Below are positions 1 through 7,971 of a DNA stretch of 10,675 nt, one piece after another. Both the position numbers and the translations under genes were made by a program. The stretch comes from a virus (lineage: Duplodnaviria; Heunggongvirae; Uroviricota; Caudoviricetes), in IMG/VR virus record IMGVR_UViG_2645727640_000051, positions 1-10,675 of that record; one strand, written 5' to 3'. Each line of letters starts with the position of its first letter. Position 1 is the first letter of the stretch. The notes beneath the pieces were generated by a model. The model was given only the letters and a program-made list of their open reading frames with translations, searched no databases and had not been told where the DNA came from.

Positions 1-531
1 TTATTCAGGCTTTTGTGGCCATTCGGGCTTTGCTGTATCCACACGGTTGACCAGAACGCTGTAGCGTTCCCATGACTCCAGTCGTGTACGCTCCTCATCC
101 GTCGCCATATTCAGCCTGACAGCGCGTTCCAGTGGCTGAATAACGCTTTCAGCTTCAGAAAGCAACGCGGCCTTTTGTGATTCGGCCTGTTGTTGTTGCT
201 CGTCTGCCGTATAAATCCGTTTAACCACAGCTCCGTCCCTAAACATCCACTTACCGGAATCATCAGCGCGGCGGTTGGCTGTAATATCTGGAACCTCAAC
301 GACGCTATAACCTTCAGGGTTAAGCGTGGAGGCATCTTTGGTGATGGCGACAATAATATTATTTGCATCGTAAACAATCTTTATTGTGTCTGGCTGAAAG
401 TTCTTCACTTCCTCATACCAGTTTTTTCCGTCTTCGGACCATAACCAGATAACATCAAAATTCTTTGTTAGCTGATATTGTTCTTTCGTTTTAGGATTTC
501 CAGACTTAATATTTTTTAAATGCTGCATCAT
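1..531 (-). CDS. Tail fibre assembly protein (Tfa; Mu U / P2 G / TfaE family)
   Basis: 176-aa ORF with tandem ATG start (MMQ...) placed directly after the stop of the upstream tail-fibre ORF (TAA-ATG-ATG). The C-terminal part (…[27 protein letters not shown]) resembles the conserved C-terminus of Tfa proteins. The window starts at its stop codon. Confidence 0.88.
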   Translation of the reverse strand: MMQHLKNIKSGNPKTKEQYQLTKNFDVIWLWSEDGKNWYEEVKNFQPDTIKIVYDANNIIVAITKDASTLNPEGYSVVEVPDITANRRADDSGKWMFRDGAVVKRIYTADEQQQQAESQKAALLSEAESVIQPLERAVRLNMATDEERTRLESWERYSVLVNRVDTAKPEWPQKPE

Positions 532-1698
532 TTACACCTGTGCGACGTTATACCATGTGCCATTGATGTATTTTTGTATTGGCCTGAATACTGCTGGGTC
601 ATCACCATCAACAGCGCCAATAATGCCAAGCCCTGTAATTACATGACCTGATTTTTCATACATCACACCTTTTCGCATAGTCTGAACAACACGTGTACCC
701 AGGCGAACATCTTTTACATAGCGTGAATCAAAATTCCCCCAGTTGTTGGGCTGTATCTGACCGTTAACAGAAAATATTACCGAGTTATCTGTATTTCGCT
801 GACTATAGAAATGCCAGCCTGAATCATCACCAAGCTCTGCAACAGTTGGTCTTGACGAATTTCCCCACAAGCTAAATGATGCATTACGGGCAGCGGTATT
901 TGCACTTGAAAGTGTGAATAACTTACTTTCCCCAGCCTGAATACCCTTTAATGATATTGCTGAACCATTTATAAAGCGGAATACATGCACACCATTAGCA
1001 TAAGCATCCAGCACCCCATCACCATTTTGTTTAAACCCGGTATCGTTATCTCCTAAAACAATCGAGTTACCGCCAAGAGCACTGGATGTTCCGATGCCCA
1101 GTGCACCATTCAATTGACCGCCAGATAATGACAACGCCCCAACCTCAGCAGCAGTCGGTTTAATGTGCGAACTGTAAATTACATATACAGTTCCATCTGT
1201 CAGACCTGTTGGTTTATTCGCTGTATAAGATGGTGATGTATGAATCGTTACGCTGGCGTTACTGGTATAATCCCACTGAATATTAACACCTGTGGCGTAA
1301 TTACCTATTTCAACATAAACATCATAGGTATCACCGGATGTATTCACCCATGCAAAATTAGTAAATCCAACCGATGTCCGTCGCCATAATGCACCAGTAA
1401 TGCCTTTTGGATTCCCATTTCCTGCACGCAGAACCAGCTCAGAGATGCCTGCTTGATGCGAGGAGCCAACGTTATACCCTGCGCCACCAATCAGGCTTAT
1501 GTAAACCACGGAACTGGCTTGTGGCATTGTTACAGTTGCCAGTTTGAACCATCCAGCACCACCACTAAAAGACATGGTTGTTGAATTTGTTGTGCCGATA
1601 TTACGCAGGAATAGTTTTTTATCGGGAATATCTGCGCCGTTCTGGTTTTTCTGTAATGCACCAGAAGCCTGATTTACCGTTTCCTGTAAACCGAGGTT
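532..1698 (-). CDS. Tail fibre protein, variable C-terminal (receptor-binding) cassette; N-terminally open, no own start; currently in the non-expressed orientation of an invertible segment
   Basis: The ORF track gives 532-1575 from the first ATG, but the frame stays open upstream to 1698 and is closed only by a TAA (minus strand, 1701-1699) lying inside the recombination site. Gly/Ser/Thr/Asn-rich fibre-like composition, followed immediately by the tfa gene. This arrangement matches Mu Sv-U, P1 and e14 cassettes. Confidence 0.8.
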   Translation of the reverse strand, partial: NLGLQETVNQASGALQKNQNGADIPDKKLFLRNIGTTNSTTMSFSGGAGWFKLATVTMPQASSVVYISLIGGAGYNVGSSHQAGISELVLRAGNGNPKGITGALWRRTSVGFTNFAWVNTSGDTYDVYVEIGNYATGVNIQWDYTSNASVTIHTSPSYTANKPTGLTDGTVYVIYSSHIKPTAAEVGALSLSGGQLNGALGIGTSSALGGNSIVLGDNDTGFKQNGDGVLDAYANGVHVFRFINGSAISLKGIQAGESKLFTLSSANTAARNASFSLWGNSSRPTVAELGDDSGWHFYSQRNTDNSVIFSVNGQIQPNNWGNFDSRYVKDVRLGTRVVQTMRKGVMYEKSGHVITGLGIIGAVDGDDPAVFRPIQKYINGTWYNVAQV

Positions 1699-1706
1699 TT
1701 AGATAA
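1681..1706. other. Serine-invertase crossover site (gix/hix/cix/pix-type), 12-2-12 imperfect palindrome TTCCTGTAAACC-GA-GGTTTTAGATAA
   Basis: Read directly from the sequence: two 12-bp imperfectly inverted half-sites (…AAACC / GGTTT…) around a 2-bp core, located 55 bp upstream of the invertase start and overlapping the 5' end of the tail-fibre cassette frame. From memory it is near-identical to Mu gix. Confidence 0.8.
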
Positions 1707-1760
1707 TGGCGGTTTCTGGCCTGCATGGCATGATTTGTGCTTTTGGACGGGAGATTCAGC

Positions 1761-2351
1761 GTGCTGATTGGCTATGTAAGGGTATCAACAAATGACCAGA
1801 ATACAGACCTGCAACGAAACGCTCTTGTTTGTGCAGGATGTGAACAAATATTTGAAGATAAATTAAGCGGGACAAAGACTGACCGACCGGGATTAAAACG
1901 CGCTTTAAAGCGCCTTCAACAAGGTGACACGCTGGTTGTCTGGAAACTGGATCGCCTCGGGCGAAGCATGAAACATCTGATTTCTCTCGTCGGGGAACTA
2001 CGGGAGCGAGGGATTAATTTTCGTAGTCTGACCGACAGCATAGATACATCTTCTCCAATGGGGCGTTTTTTCTTCCACGTGATGGGTGCCCTGGCTGAAA
2101 TGGAACGTGAATTAATTGTTGAACGTACACTGGCCGGACTGGCGGCAGCGCGCGCACGGGGGCGCACAGGCGGACGTCGACCGAAGCTGACAAAAGAACA
2201 GCATGAGCAAATAGCAAGGCTGATTAAAAACGGTCACGACAGAAAACAACTGGCAATAATTTACAGCATTGGTATATCGACAATTTATCGTTACCACCCC
2301 GCAGGAGAATCAAGTGGAACAATTGAGAAGAGTAAACAAAATAACCGCTAA
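1761..2351 (+). CDS. Site-specific DNA invertase, Gin/Pin/Cin/Hin family (small serine recombinase)
   Basis: Translation from the GTG at 1761 gives MLIGYVRVSTNDQNTDLQRNAL…, the canonical N-terminus of this family, with the catalytic Ser in the VRVSTNDQ motif and a C-terminal HTH region. GGGAG lies 8 nt upstream. The ORF-track start at 1737 (also GTG) adds 8 non-conserved residues and is less likely. Confidence 0.93.
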   Translation: MLIGYVRVSTNDQNTDLQRNALVCAGCEQIFEDKLSGTKTDRPGLKRALKRLQQGDTLVVWKLDRLGRSMKHLISLVGELRERGINFRSLTDSIDTSSPMGRFFFHVMGALAEMERELIVERTLAGLAAARARGRTGGRRPKLTKEQHEQIARLIKNGHDRKQLAIIYSIGISTIYRYHPAGESSGTIEKSKQNNR

Positions 2352-2376
2352 TCTGGCCATTAGCGGTTTTTGTGTT
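2343..2376. terminator. Bidirectional intrinsic terminator between convergent invertase and U genes
   Basis: Perfect 10-bp inverted repeat AACCGCTAAT / ATTAGCGGTT (2343-2352 and 2359-2368) with a 6-nt loop, followed by TTTTTGTGTT on the plus strand and by AUUUUGUUU on the minus strand. The left arm contains the invertase stop codon. Confidence 0.7.
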
Positions 2377-2379
2377 AAA

Positions 2380-2874
2380 TCAGAACAGCCCTTTAACGGA
2401 GCTGGCCGCGCTGTTAAGGGATGATGTGACCTTATCTTTGAAGCCGGACAGCATATCGCTGAACGATGAGGATTGCAGGCGCTCCCGCAAATCCTCATCA
2501 CAGCGTTCAAGGGTCAGTGAAAACTCTATCTTTTTCGCCTTGCCGTAGCGATCAAACTCGGAACGGGTCGTATTCGTTTCAGTCAGTACATACATGCCGT
2601 AAATCTGCCCGACACCATCAATCAGAGGCCAGGGGCGTCCTGTATATGCCTGCGTGGTCAGCAACGAAAGCGACACTTCGCCACCTGTAATTTCAGGATA
2701 AAGCACGCCGGAAAGCACGATGCGATCATCACCTGCGCCGATATACTGCCAGCTTGCTGAACGGTTAACGCGTTCATTTTTCACATGCCGCCAGCTTTTG
2801 TTTTGCTGTAACTGCTGATGCGGCAATGTGCGCAGCTCAAAAACAAACATGCCGTAGATCATCATCATGGCCAT
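2380..2874 (-). CDS. Phage tail protein, P2 gpU family
   Basis: 164-aa ORF (…MFVFELRTLPHQQLQQNKSWRH…) in the position and of the size of P2 U, directly downstream of the tape measure gene. The true start may be the 3rd ATG (2868), since GAGGAG lies only 2 nt before the first ATG. Confidence 0.8.
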   Translation of the reverse strand: MAMMMIYGMFVFELRTLPHQQLQQNKSWRHVKNERVNRSASWQYIGAGDDRIVLSGVLYPEITGGEVSLSLLTTQAYTGRPWPLIDGVGQIYGMYVLTETNTTRSEFDRYGKAKKIEFSLTLERCDEDLRERLQSSSFSDMLSGFKDKVTSSLNSAASSVKGLF

Positions 2875-2880
2875 GACTCC

Positions 2881-5730
2881 TCAATCTTTATCGTAAAAAC
2901 TGCCACGCCCGGCACGGGCGCGCCGTTCCATTTCTGCCCTGACCATTTCGCCAACCAGTTTCGCCAGTTCGCGGGGATTCTGTGTAACAACGTTATGCAG
3001 ATGAACATGAATTTCACCGCCAAATCCGGAGGCAACAGGCTCCCGGTTACGGGAAGTTGCAGGAACTGATGCCACTGGCGATCGTATAGCCTCCGCCACC
3101 GGGCGGGAGCTGGCCGCAACAACAGGGACCAGCGCCGGAGGCAGCGGAGCCGGAACCACGGGTGTGATAGTAATTGCGGGGGCAGGCTTACTGACCTGCG
3201 CAATCTTCCGCTCCTGCCACTCCCCACGAACAGCAAGTGCGCGGGGCAGGTTCTTAAAGACAATATCGCCAGGGCCAATGCGTTTTTTCGTCTCATCAAC
3301 CAGCTTACCTGTGTTATCAGCAATTTTGCTGAGTCTGCGTAGCGTACCGGTATTGTTGTCTGTGAGCGGTTTGTTGTCTCTGGGTTTATCGCCTTTTTTG
3401 TCGTCGACCTTATCTGACGGGGCCGGGCCGGGAGTCCATGGTTTCTGAACCATTTTCTTGAGAACCGGATCCCATTCCCACATTACAGGAGCCTTTGAAG
3501 CGTTCTCTATTTTCTTTCTCGCCCGTTCCGCTTCATCCGGAAGCACTCCGAGCTTTTCAAGTATCCACGCCAGTGAATCCATCAATGCTTTTGTTGGCGT
3601 CAGGACAAGCTCTATCGCTCCACCGAGTACCCTGCCGAATACCTCGCCAGCACTGGTACATTTATCCAGCGTTTCCTTGCTGGACTCCATCGGTGACAGC
3701 AGCGATTTAAACCAGTTAAAGACCTGAATAATCCCATCGCGCACGACATCAAAAACTGGACCGAACCGTTCAAAGGTTTCGCGCAACGGAGCCAGCCGTT
3801 CCATAATCCCACTGAACACCCCTGCATAAAACGCCTTGATGGGTTCCCAGTATTTCCAGATGAGAACCGCCGCAGCCACAAACGCAGCAGCAATCAATCC
3901 GACCGGGCTGAACAGCGCCCCGATAGCGCCCCCCAGTAACGAAACGGAACCCGTCACCATTCCCCATAGTGCTGGCAGGAGCCTGACAGCATTCATTGAT
4001 CCGGTCAGGAGGGAAAAGCCAAGACGCAGTTTTGCCAGCGGGCCAGCAAGCACACCAATAGCCAACGACAACGAGCCGACCGTTGCAGTCATCGCCAGCA
4101 ATGCCCCACCTGCAATCAGTAGCTGGCGCGTCAGTGCCGGATGGGCCTGCGCCAGCGCCGTCACCTTTGATACCACCCGCGTGAGCCACTGCGTGACAGA
4201 ACGCAGCGGACCGTCAATCAGATCTGCAATGCGGATGCGCAACCCTTCCCATGCACTGCCGAGTGATTTCAGATCGCCGTCAAGGTTGTTGGCCATAACC
4301 TTTGCCGTGCGTTCAGCCTCACCGCGTGCGCCTTCAAGTTCTTTTCTCAGTTTAGGTAAGGATCCGTCACCTGCCGCATCAACGAGGGCCATAAATGATG
4401 TGAAAGCCTCTTCTCCGGCAATGTCCTTAAAGAACGATACCCGATCAACTTCTCCGTATTTGCGGGTGGCTTTATAAAGGTCAGTCAGCAGATCTTCCAT
4501 CGGGCGCATTTTGCCCCCGGCATCCGAGACAGACACGCCCAGCTCTTTCAGCGCCTCTGCTGCCGCCTTTGGCGGTGATGCCAGACGAGCCAGGCTGGCA
4601 CGCATTGCCGTCCCGGCATCACTTCCCCTGATACCCATATTCGCCAGCACGCCCGCCATCGCTGCGGCCTGCTCCAGCGATATTCCCAGCTTACCCGCCA
4701 CCGGACCTGCATATTTCATGGTTTCGCCCAGTGCGCGAAGGTCAGTGTTGGTACGGGTAAACGCTGCAGTGAGTGTGTCACCGACCCGGTCCATCTGGTC
4801 AGCAGAAAGGCCGAACTGCGTCAGGATATTTGAGCCAATATCCGCCGTCTCGCCGAGATCCATACCGCCAGCCGTTGCCATGCTCAACACGCCGGGAAGC
4901 GCAGCCTGAATGGCCTGCGGTGTGAAGCCAGCCATTGCAAGAAATGCCTGCCCACTGGCGGCATCGCCTGCGGTGAACTGCGTTTCAGAGCCAAGTTTTA
5001 ACGCCTGCTCACGCAGCGCCTTAAACTGCGGGCTGTTCTGGTCGATTCGCGTCAGCGCCTGAACGCGGGACATCTCTTTCCCGAACCCGATCGCAGGCTG
5101 CAAAAAACGCCCGGCAGCATAGCCGCCCGCCGCTGCCGCACCTGTTGCCAGTGCACCACCTGTTTTCAGTTTTCCCGCGGTTTCCTGCGCGCGCGAATAC
5201 CGCTCACGCGCCCGCGTTACACGCGCAAGCGCCTGCCGTTCGCGTTCAAGCTGGTTGTTGTACTGTTCGGTGCGTCTGATGGCCTGTTGAATGGTGTTAT
5301 CGCTGCCTGTCAGGGAAATGCCGTGGCGTTTCAGCTCTCCGCCAAGCTCCCGCATTTTCTGAATCTCCCGTGTGCGCGATTCATTCAGGCGTTCAAGCCG
5401 GGTGCTTAACTGCTGCATCAGCTTTTGTTGTTTTTCGCTGAGCACTGTACCCGTGTGTTGTAACTGATTAAGGGCGTTAAGCTGGCGTCGCGCTTTCAAT
5501 ATGCCAGCATCCGCTTTACTGACAGCGTCACGGGCGCGCTCAAATGAACGCGCCTGACGCTCGAGATTTTTGATCGCCCCCTGCGTTCGCTGGATGGAGT
5601 CACCAAACTGCCCCATCAGGCGGCGGGCGTTTTCGGCAGGCCGGGTCAGCCTGTCAACGGCGCTGAAAGCGACCCGGATATCAAGAGTCTTCATTGTCTG
5701 CATTCCCGCTGCGAAGTGCCGCCCGCTCAC
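2881..5730 (-). CDS. Tail tape measure protein, P2 gpT family
   Basis: Very long ORF, Ala/Gly/Leu-rich with a predicted coiled-coil N-terminal part and hydrophobic Gly-rich stretches, sitting between E/E' and U as in P2. The ORF-track start (5730) is a GTG; ATG starts at 5703 or 5694 (MKTLDI…, overlapping the E' stop) are more likely. Confidence 0.85.
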   Translation of the reverse strand: MSGRHFAAGMQTMKTLDIRVAFSAVDRLTRPAENARRLMGQFGDSIQRTQGAIKNLERQARSFERARDAVSKADAGILKARRQLNALNQLQHTGTVLSEKQQKLMQQLSTRLERLNESRTREIQKMRELGGELKRHGISLTGSDNTIQQAIRRTEQYNNQLERERQALARVTRARERYSRAQETAGKLKTGGALATGAAAAGGYAAGRFLQPAIGFGKEMSRVQALTRIDQNSPQFKALREQALKLGSETQFTAGDAASGQAFLAMAGFTPQAIQAALPGVLSMATAGGMDLGETADIGSNILTQFGLSADQMDRVGDTLTAAFTRTNTDLRALGETMKYAGPVAGKLGISLEQAAAMAGVLANMGIRGSDAGTAMRASLARLASPPKAAAEALKELGVSVSDAGGKMRPMEDLLTDLYKATRKYGEVDRVSFFKDIAGEEAFTSFMALVDAAGDGSLPKLRKELEGARGEAERTAKVMANNLDGDLKSLGSAWEGLRIRIADLIDGPLRSVTQWLTRVVSKVTALAQAHPALTRQLLIAGGALLAMTATVGSLSLAIGVLAGPLAKLRLGFSLLTGSMNAVRLLPALWGMVTGSVSLLGGAIGALFSPVGLIAAAFVAAAVLIWKYWEPIKAFYAGVFSGIMERLAPLRETFERFGPVFDVVRDGIIQVFNWFKSLLSPMESSKETLDKCTSAGEVFGRVLGGAIELVLTPTKALMDSLAWILEKLGVLPDEAERARKKIENASKAPVMWEWDPVLKKMVQKPWTPGPAPSDKVDDKKGDKPRDNKPLTDNNTGTLRRLSKIADNTGKLVDETKKRIGPGDIVFKNLPRALAVRGEWQERKIAQVSKPAPAITITPVVPAPLPPALVPVVAASSRPVAEAIRSPVASVPATSRNREPVASGFGGEIHVHLHNVVTQNPRELAKLVGEMVRAEMERRARAGRGSFYDKD

Positions 5731-6219
5731 GCCAGCTAACCACTTCGCCGGGCGTCATCATGAAGATTTCGGCGGGCGACCAGTTAAAAATGGCGGCAAT
5801 ATCCGCCACCAGATCTTCGATGTGCTCAAAGCACACCAGGGTGATTACGCTGCCGTCTCCTGCACGCTCTTCGCGCCAGAGTCTGGCTCGCTCATAAAAT
5901 TTACAGCCACAGCGCACAACTGAATAAAATCGCGTGACGACATTTTTTTAATCATCACTTCATCCAGTCGTGGCGAGGTCACGCGAGGCAACAGCGTGAA
6001 CATGGTATCCGCTTTCAGATTCAGCACATCAGACAGCGACAGACCACGCAGGGATCCAGCCTGCTCAATAGCCCCGGTGATCTCCACATACGTGATTTTT
6101 TCGCCACCACGCTCAATTGGTCGGGTCAGTTTTACGCCACGTTCGACAGCCATATCCTCACCTGCCGTCACATCATCCGCCACGGTGTTATTCCGGGTTT
6201 CAGTATCGATGTCTTTCAT
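5681..6219 (-). CDS. gpE+E' fusion product made by programmed -1 translational frameshift (inferred)
   Basis: The -1 frame relative to E is open from the TAA at 5950-5948 to the TGA at 5683-5681 and overlaps the last ~35 codons of E. The conserved G/GT- and E/E'-type frameshift is established for tail chaperone genes upstream of tape measure genes. Confidence 0.6.
5845..6219 (-). CDS. Tail assembly chaperone, P2 gpE family
   Basis: 124-aa ORF immediately downstream of the tail tube gene, with a strong RBS (AAAGGAGA, 6 nt spacer, ATG at 6219). Its position between the tube and tape-measure genes is that of the lambda-G / P2-E chaperone. Confidence 0.75.
   Translation of the reverse strand: MKDIDTETRNNTVADDVTAGEDMAVERGVKLTRPIERGGEKITYVEITGAIEQAGSLRGLSLSDVLNLKADTMFTLLPRVTSPRLDEVMIKKMSSRDFIQLCAVAVNFMSEPDSGAKSVQETAA
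5943..5949 (-). other. Candidate slippery run (A7 on the coding strand) for the E to E' -1 frameshift; alternative canonical heptamer A-AAT-TTT at 5896-5902
   Basis: On the coding strand the sequence reads ATT AAA AAA ATG in the E frame, and the -1 frame opens exactly here (its stop TAA is 5950-5948). A second in-frame X-XXY-YYZ heptamer, AAATTTT, covers E codons N107-F108. Which one is used cannot be decided from sequence. Confidence 0.35.
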
Positions 6220-6274
6220 CAGTTGTCTCCTTTTCAGTCAGAGGCGACGCACTGCGCCGCCTGCATATTACTTA

Positions 6275-6787
6275 TCAGCCAAGCCCAAGCGCGGAACGGA
6301 TACGGTCAGGCACAATGTCCTTGCCGTCCTTCCGGTAGATGTGGTTCAACAGGTCGATTTCCCACAGCGGGCGATCGTTAACGCTCAGCTTGTAGTAGGT
6401 GTTTTTGACAGCGTAAGTGTGTGATGTGGCTTCGCCCTGTTTGGCTTCCCCCATATCAATTTCCGTCACACGTCCGCGCATCTCGATTTCATACAGATCG
6501 CTTTCTGCATCGGTGTAGTATTCACCCGCAAAACGCAGCAGCGTGCCGTCAATCGTGCCGCCATATTTAAGGAACAGCGCACGAACAGCTCCCCCCATAA
6601 CAAAACTCGCATCAAGCGCGGAGTCGTCCAGACCGAGATCAATACTTACCGCCCCCATCATGCCACCACCACGATAGCTGTCGGTTTTGCGCGTCAGTTT
6701 GGGCGGCGTGACGGATGTCACTTTACCCACTTCGTTTTCACCATCCACAAACAACGTAAAAAAGCGAAGATGTTTTGGTACAGCCAT
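6275..6787 (-). CDS. Tail tube protein, P2 gpFII family
   Basis: 170-aa ORF whose start overlaps the sheath gene stop by one base (TGATG), in the position and of the size of P2 FII. Confidence 0.85.
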   Translation of the reverse strand: MAVPKHLRFFTLFVDGENEVGKVTSVTPPKLTRKTDSYRGGGMMGAVSIDLGLDDSALDASFVMGGAVRALFLKYGGTIDGTLLRFAGEYYTDAESDLYEIEMRGRVTEIDMGEAKQGEATSHTYAVKNTYYKLSVNDRPLWEIDLLNHIYRKDGKDIVPDRIRSALGLG

Positions 6788-7971
6788 CAGGCACCTCCCA
6801 GCACCGCAAATGCGGGACCAAAGAATTCATCAGTAAACGTCTGGTAAAGCTCCATGTCTTCCAGTGGCGGAACGGGCGTATATTTGTAGCGAATACGCAC
6901 ACGTCCCTGACGTAAATTCGTGGTGCCGTTATCCACCACGTCATACCAGCACTCCGCACCAATCAGTTTCCCGGCAGTAACCAGCGAATCCAGTTTTGCC
7001 CTGATGGCACTGATAACATCCTTCACGTTCGCAGGCGTCAGTGGACTGTCGATGGTTTCAAACTGCGCTTCCGCAATTGAATCAGCCAGCACCTGTGCGG
7101 TTCGGGTATACACCTCAAAGATGTAGGCGTTCGTTTCCGGTGTGCGGTTGCCCCAGAAGCGGAACCCGTTGCGACGAATAATGGTCGTGATTTCTTTGTT
7201 ATTGAGGCTGTTGGCATCACTGTCTTCGGCCTGCAACGACCAGAACACATGCCTGGACATTCCCAGCACATTTTTAACCGGAACGTTGGACAGCGATTTG
7301 TGCCAGCCCTGCTCATGGTCAATGTACGCACGAAGGCCGCACGCATAAGCAGGCGCGGGGAACGTTTCGTTTTTGCCACTTTTCGGGTTGTAGGCGATGA
7401 AGTCAGGCCATAAGAGCATCACCTCACGTTCGTTGAATTTCTGGCGGTAGGTAATCGCCTCAGCCATCGTGTTACAACCATGACATGTGGCATACACAAA
7501 CGCGCGCAGTTTACCCGCAATCACGCACAGGGATTTTGTTACCGCCTCCGTGTCCAGCTCCGGCGCGGCCAGAATACGCGGACGGTATCCGATGCTTTCA
7601 TCCTGCTCTGCAACAAGCAGCGCATACATCCCCGTATAGCTGCCGTCATCCTCAGAACCACCGATAACCAGTTGATCCTGCGTCTTTCCGTCTTCTTCTT
7701 TGTGTTCAGCCACGCGAACGACGATCACCTTTGTGCTCACCTGGTCTGCGATGGCCTTAAGCGCACGATAAAGCGTCCCCGTTGTTCCGCATTTTCCCAG
7801 CACGTCATTGACGCGGGTCAGCAGTGTGGGCTTGTTCAGCGGGAACAGCTTCGCGTCCGCATCATCCGCCGTTGCCACGATACCGATAACGCTGGAATCA
7901 ACATCGTTAATCGCTGTTACCAGGTCGGTATTTTCCGTAACACGGGCACCATGAAAACGAGTTTCACTCAT
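6787..7971 (-). CDS. Contractile tail sheath protein, P2 gpFI family
   Basis: 394-aa ORF with several stretches recalled as conserved in P2 FI (…WPDF…, …FRFWGNRT…YTRTAQV…, …Y.YTPVPPLE…), and the right size. Confidence 0.9.
   Translation of the reverse strand: MSETRFHGARVTENTDLVTAINDVDSSVIGIVATADDADAKLFPLNKPTLLTRVNDVLGKCGTTGTLYRALKAIADQVSTKVIVVRVAEHKEEDGKTQDQLVIGGSEDDGSYTGMYALLVAEQDESIGYRPRILAAPELDTEAVTKSLCVIAGKLRAFVYATCHGCNTMAEAITYRQKFNEREVMLLWPDFIAYNPKSGKNETFPAPAYACGLRAYIDHEQGWHKSLSNVPVKNVLGMSRHVFWSLQAEDSDANSLNNKEITTIIRRNGFRFWGNRTPETNAYIFEVYTRTAQVLADSIAEAQFETIDSPLTPANVKDVISAIRAKLDSLVTAGKLIGAECWYDVVDNGTTNLRQGRVRIRYKYTPVPPLEDMELYQTFTDEFFGPAFAVLGGA

Noticed and set aside
1737-1760. ORF-track N-terminal extension of the invertase (MLLDGRFSV…)
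   Set aside because: It starts with a GTG and has no RBS, and the extension is not part of the conserved invertase N-terminus. The GTG at 1761 with an upstream GGGAG gives the canonical MLIGYVRVSTNDQ start.
1916-2297. Three minus-strand ORFs (1916-2167, 2014-2217, 2112-2297) inside the invertase gene
   Set aside because: Antisense shadow ORFs within a highly conserved invertase coding sequence.
2343-2368. The 26-bp perfect palindrome considered as a second invertase recombination site, as a possible inversion breakpoint
   Set aside because: Its geometry (10-bp arms, 6-bp spacer) and sequence lack the AAACC/GGTTT half-site motif and the 12-2-12 layout of gix/hix sites. It is better explained as a terminator hairpin.
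3164-4909. Several plus-strand ORFs (3164-3448, 3458-3727, 3836-4477, 4511-4909) that could be taken for cargo genes
   Set aside because: They lie entirely antisense within the tape-measure gene, have Ser/Pro/Ala/Arg-rich low-complexity translations typical of the reverse frame of GC-rich coding DNA, and have no RBS or gene context.
5996-6424. 142-aa plus-strand ORF spanning the E and FII region, and the 6117-6338 ORF
   Set aside because: Antisense to the chaperone and tube genes and crossing their intergenic spacer. No start context. Shadow ORF.
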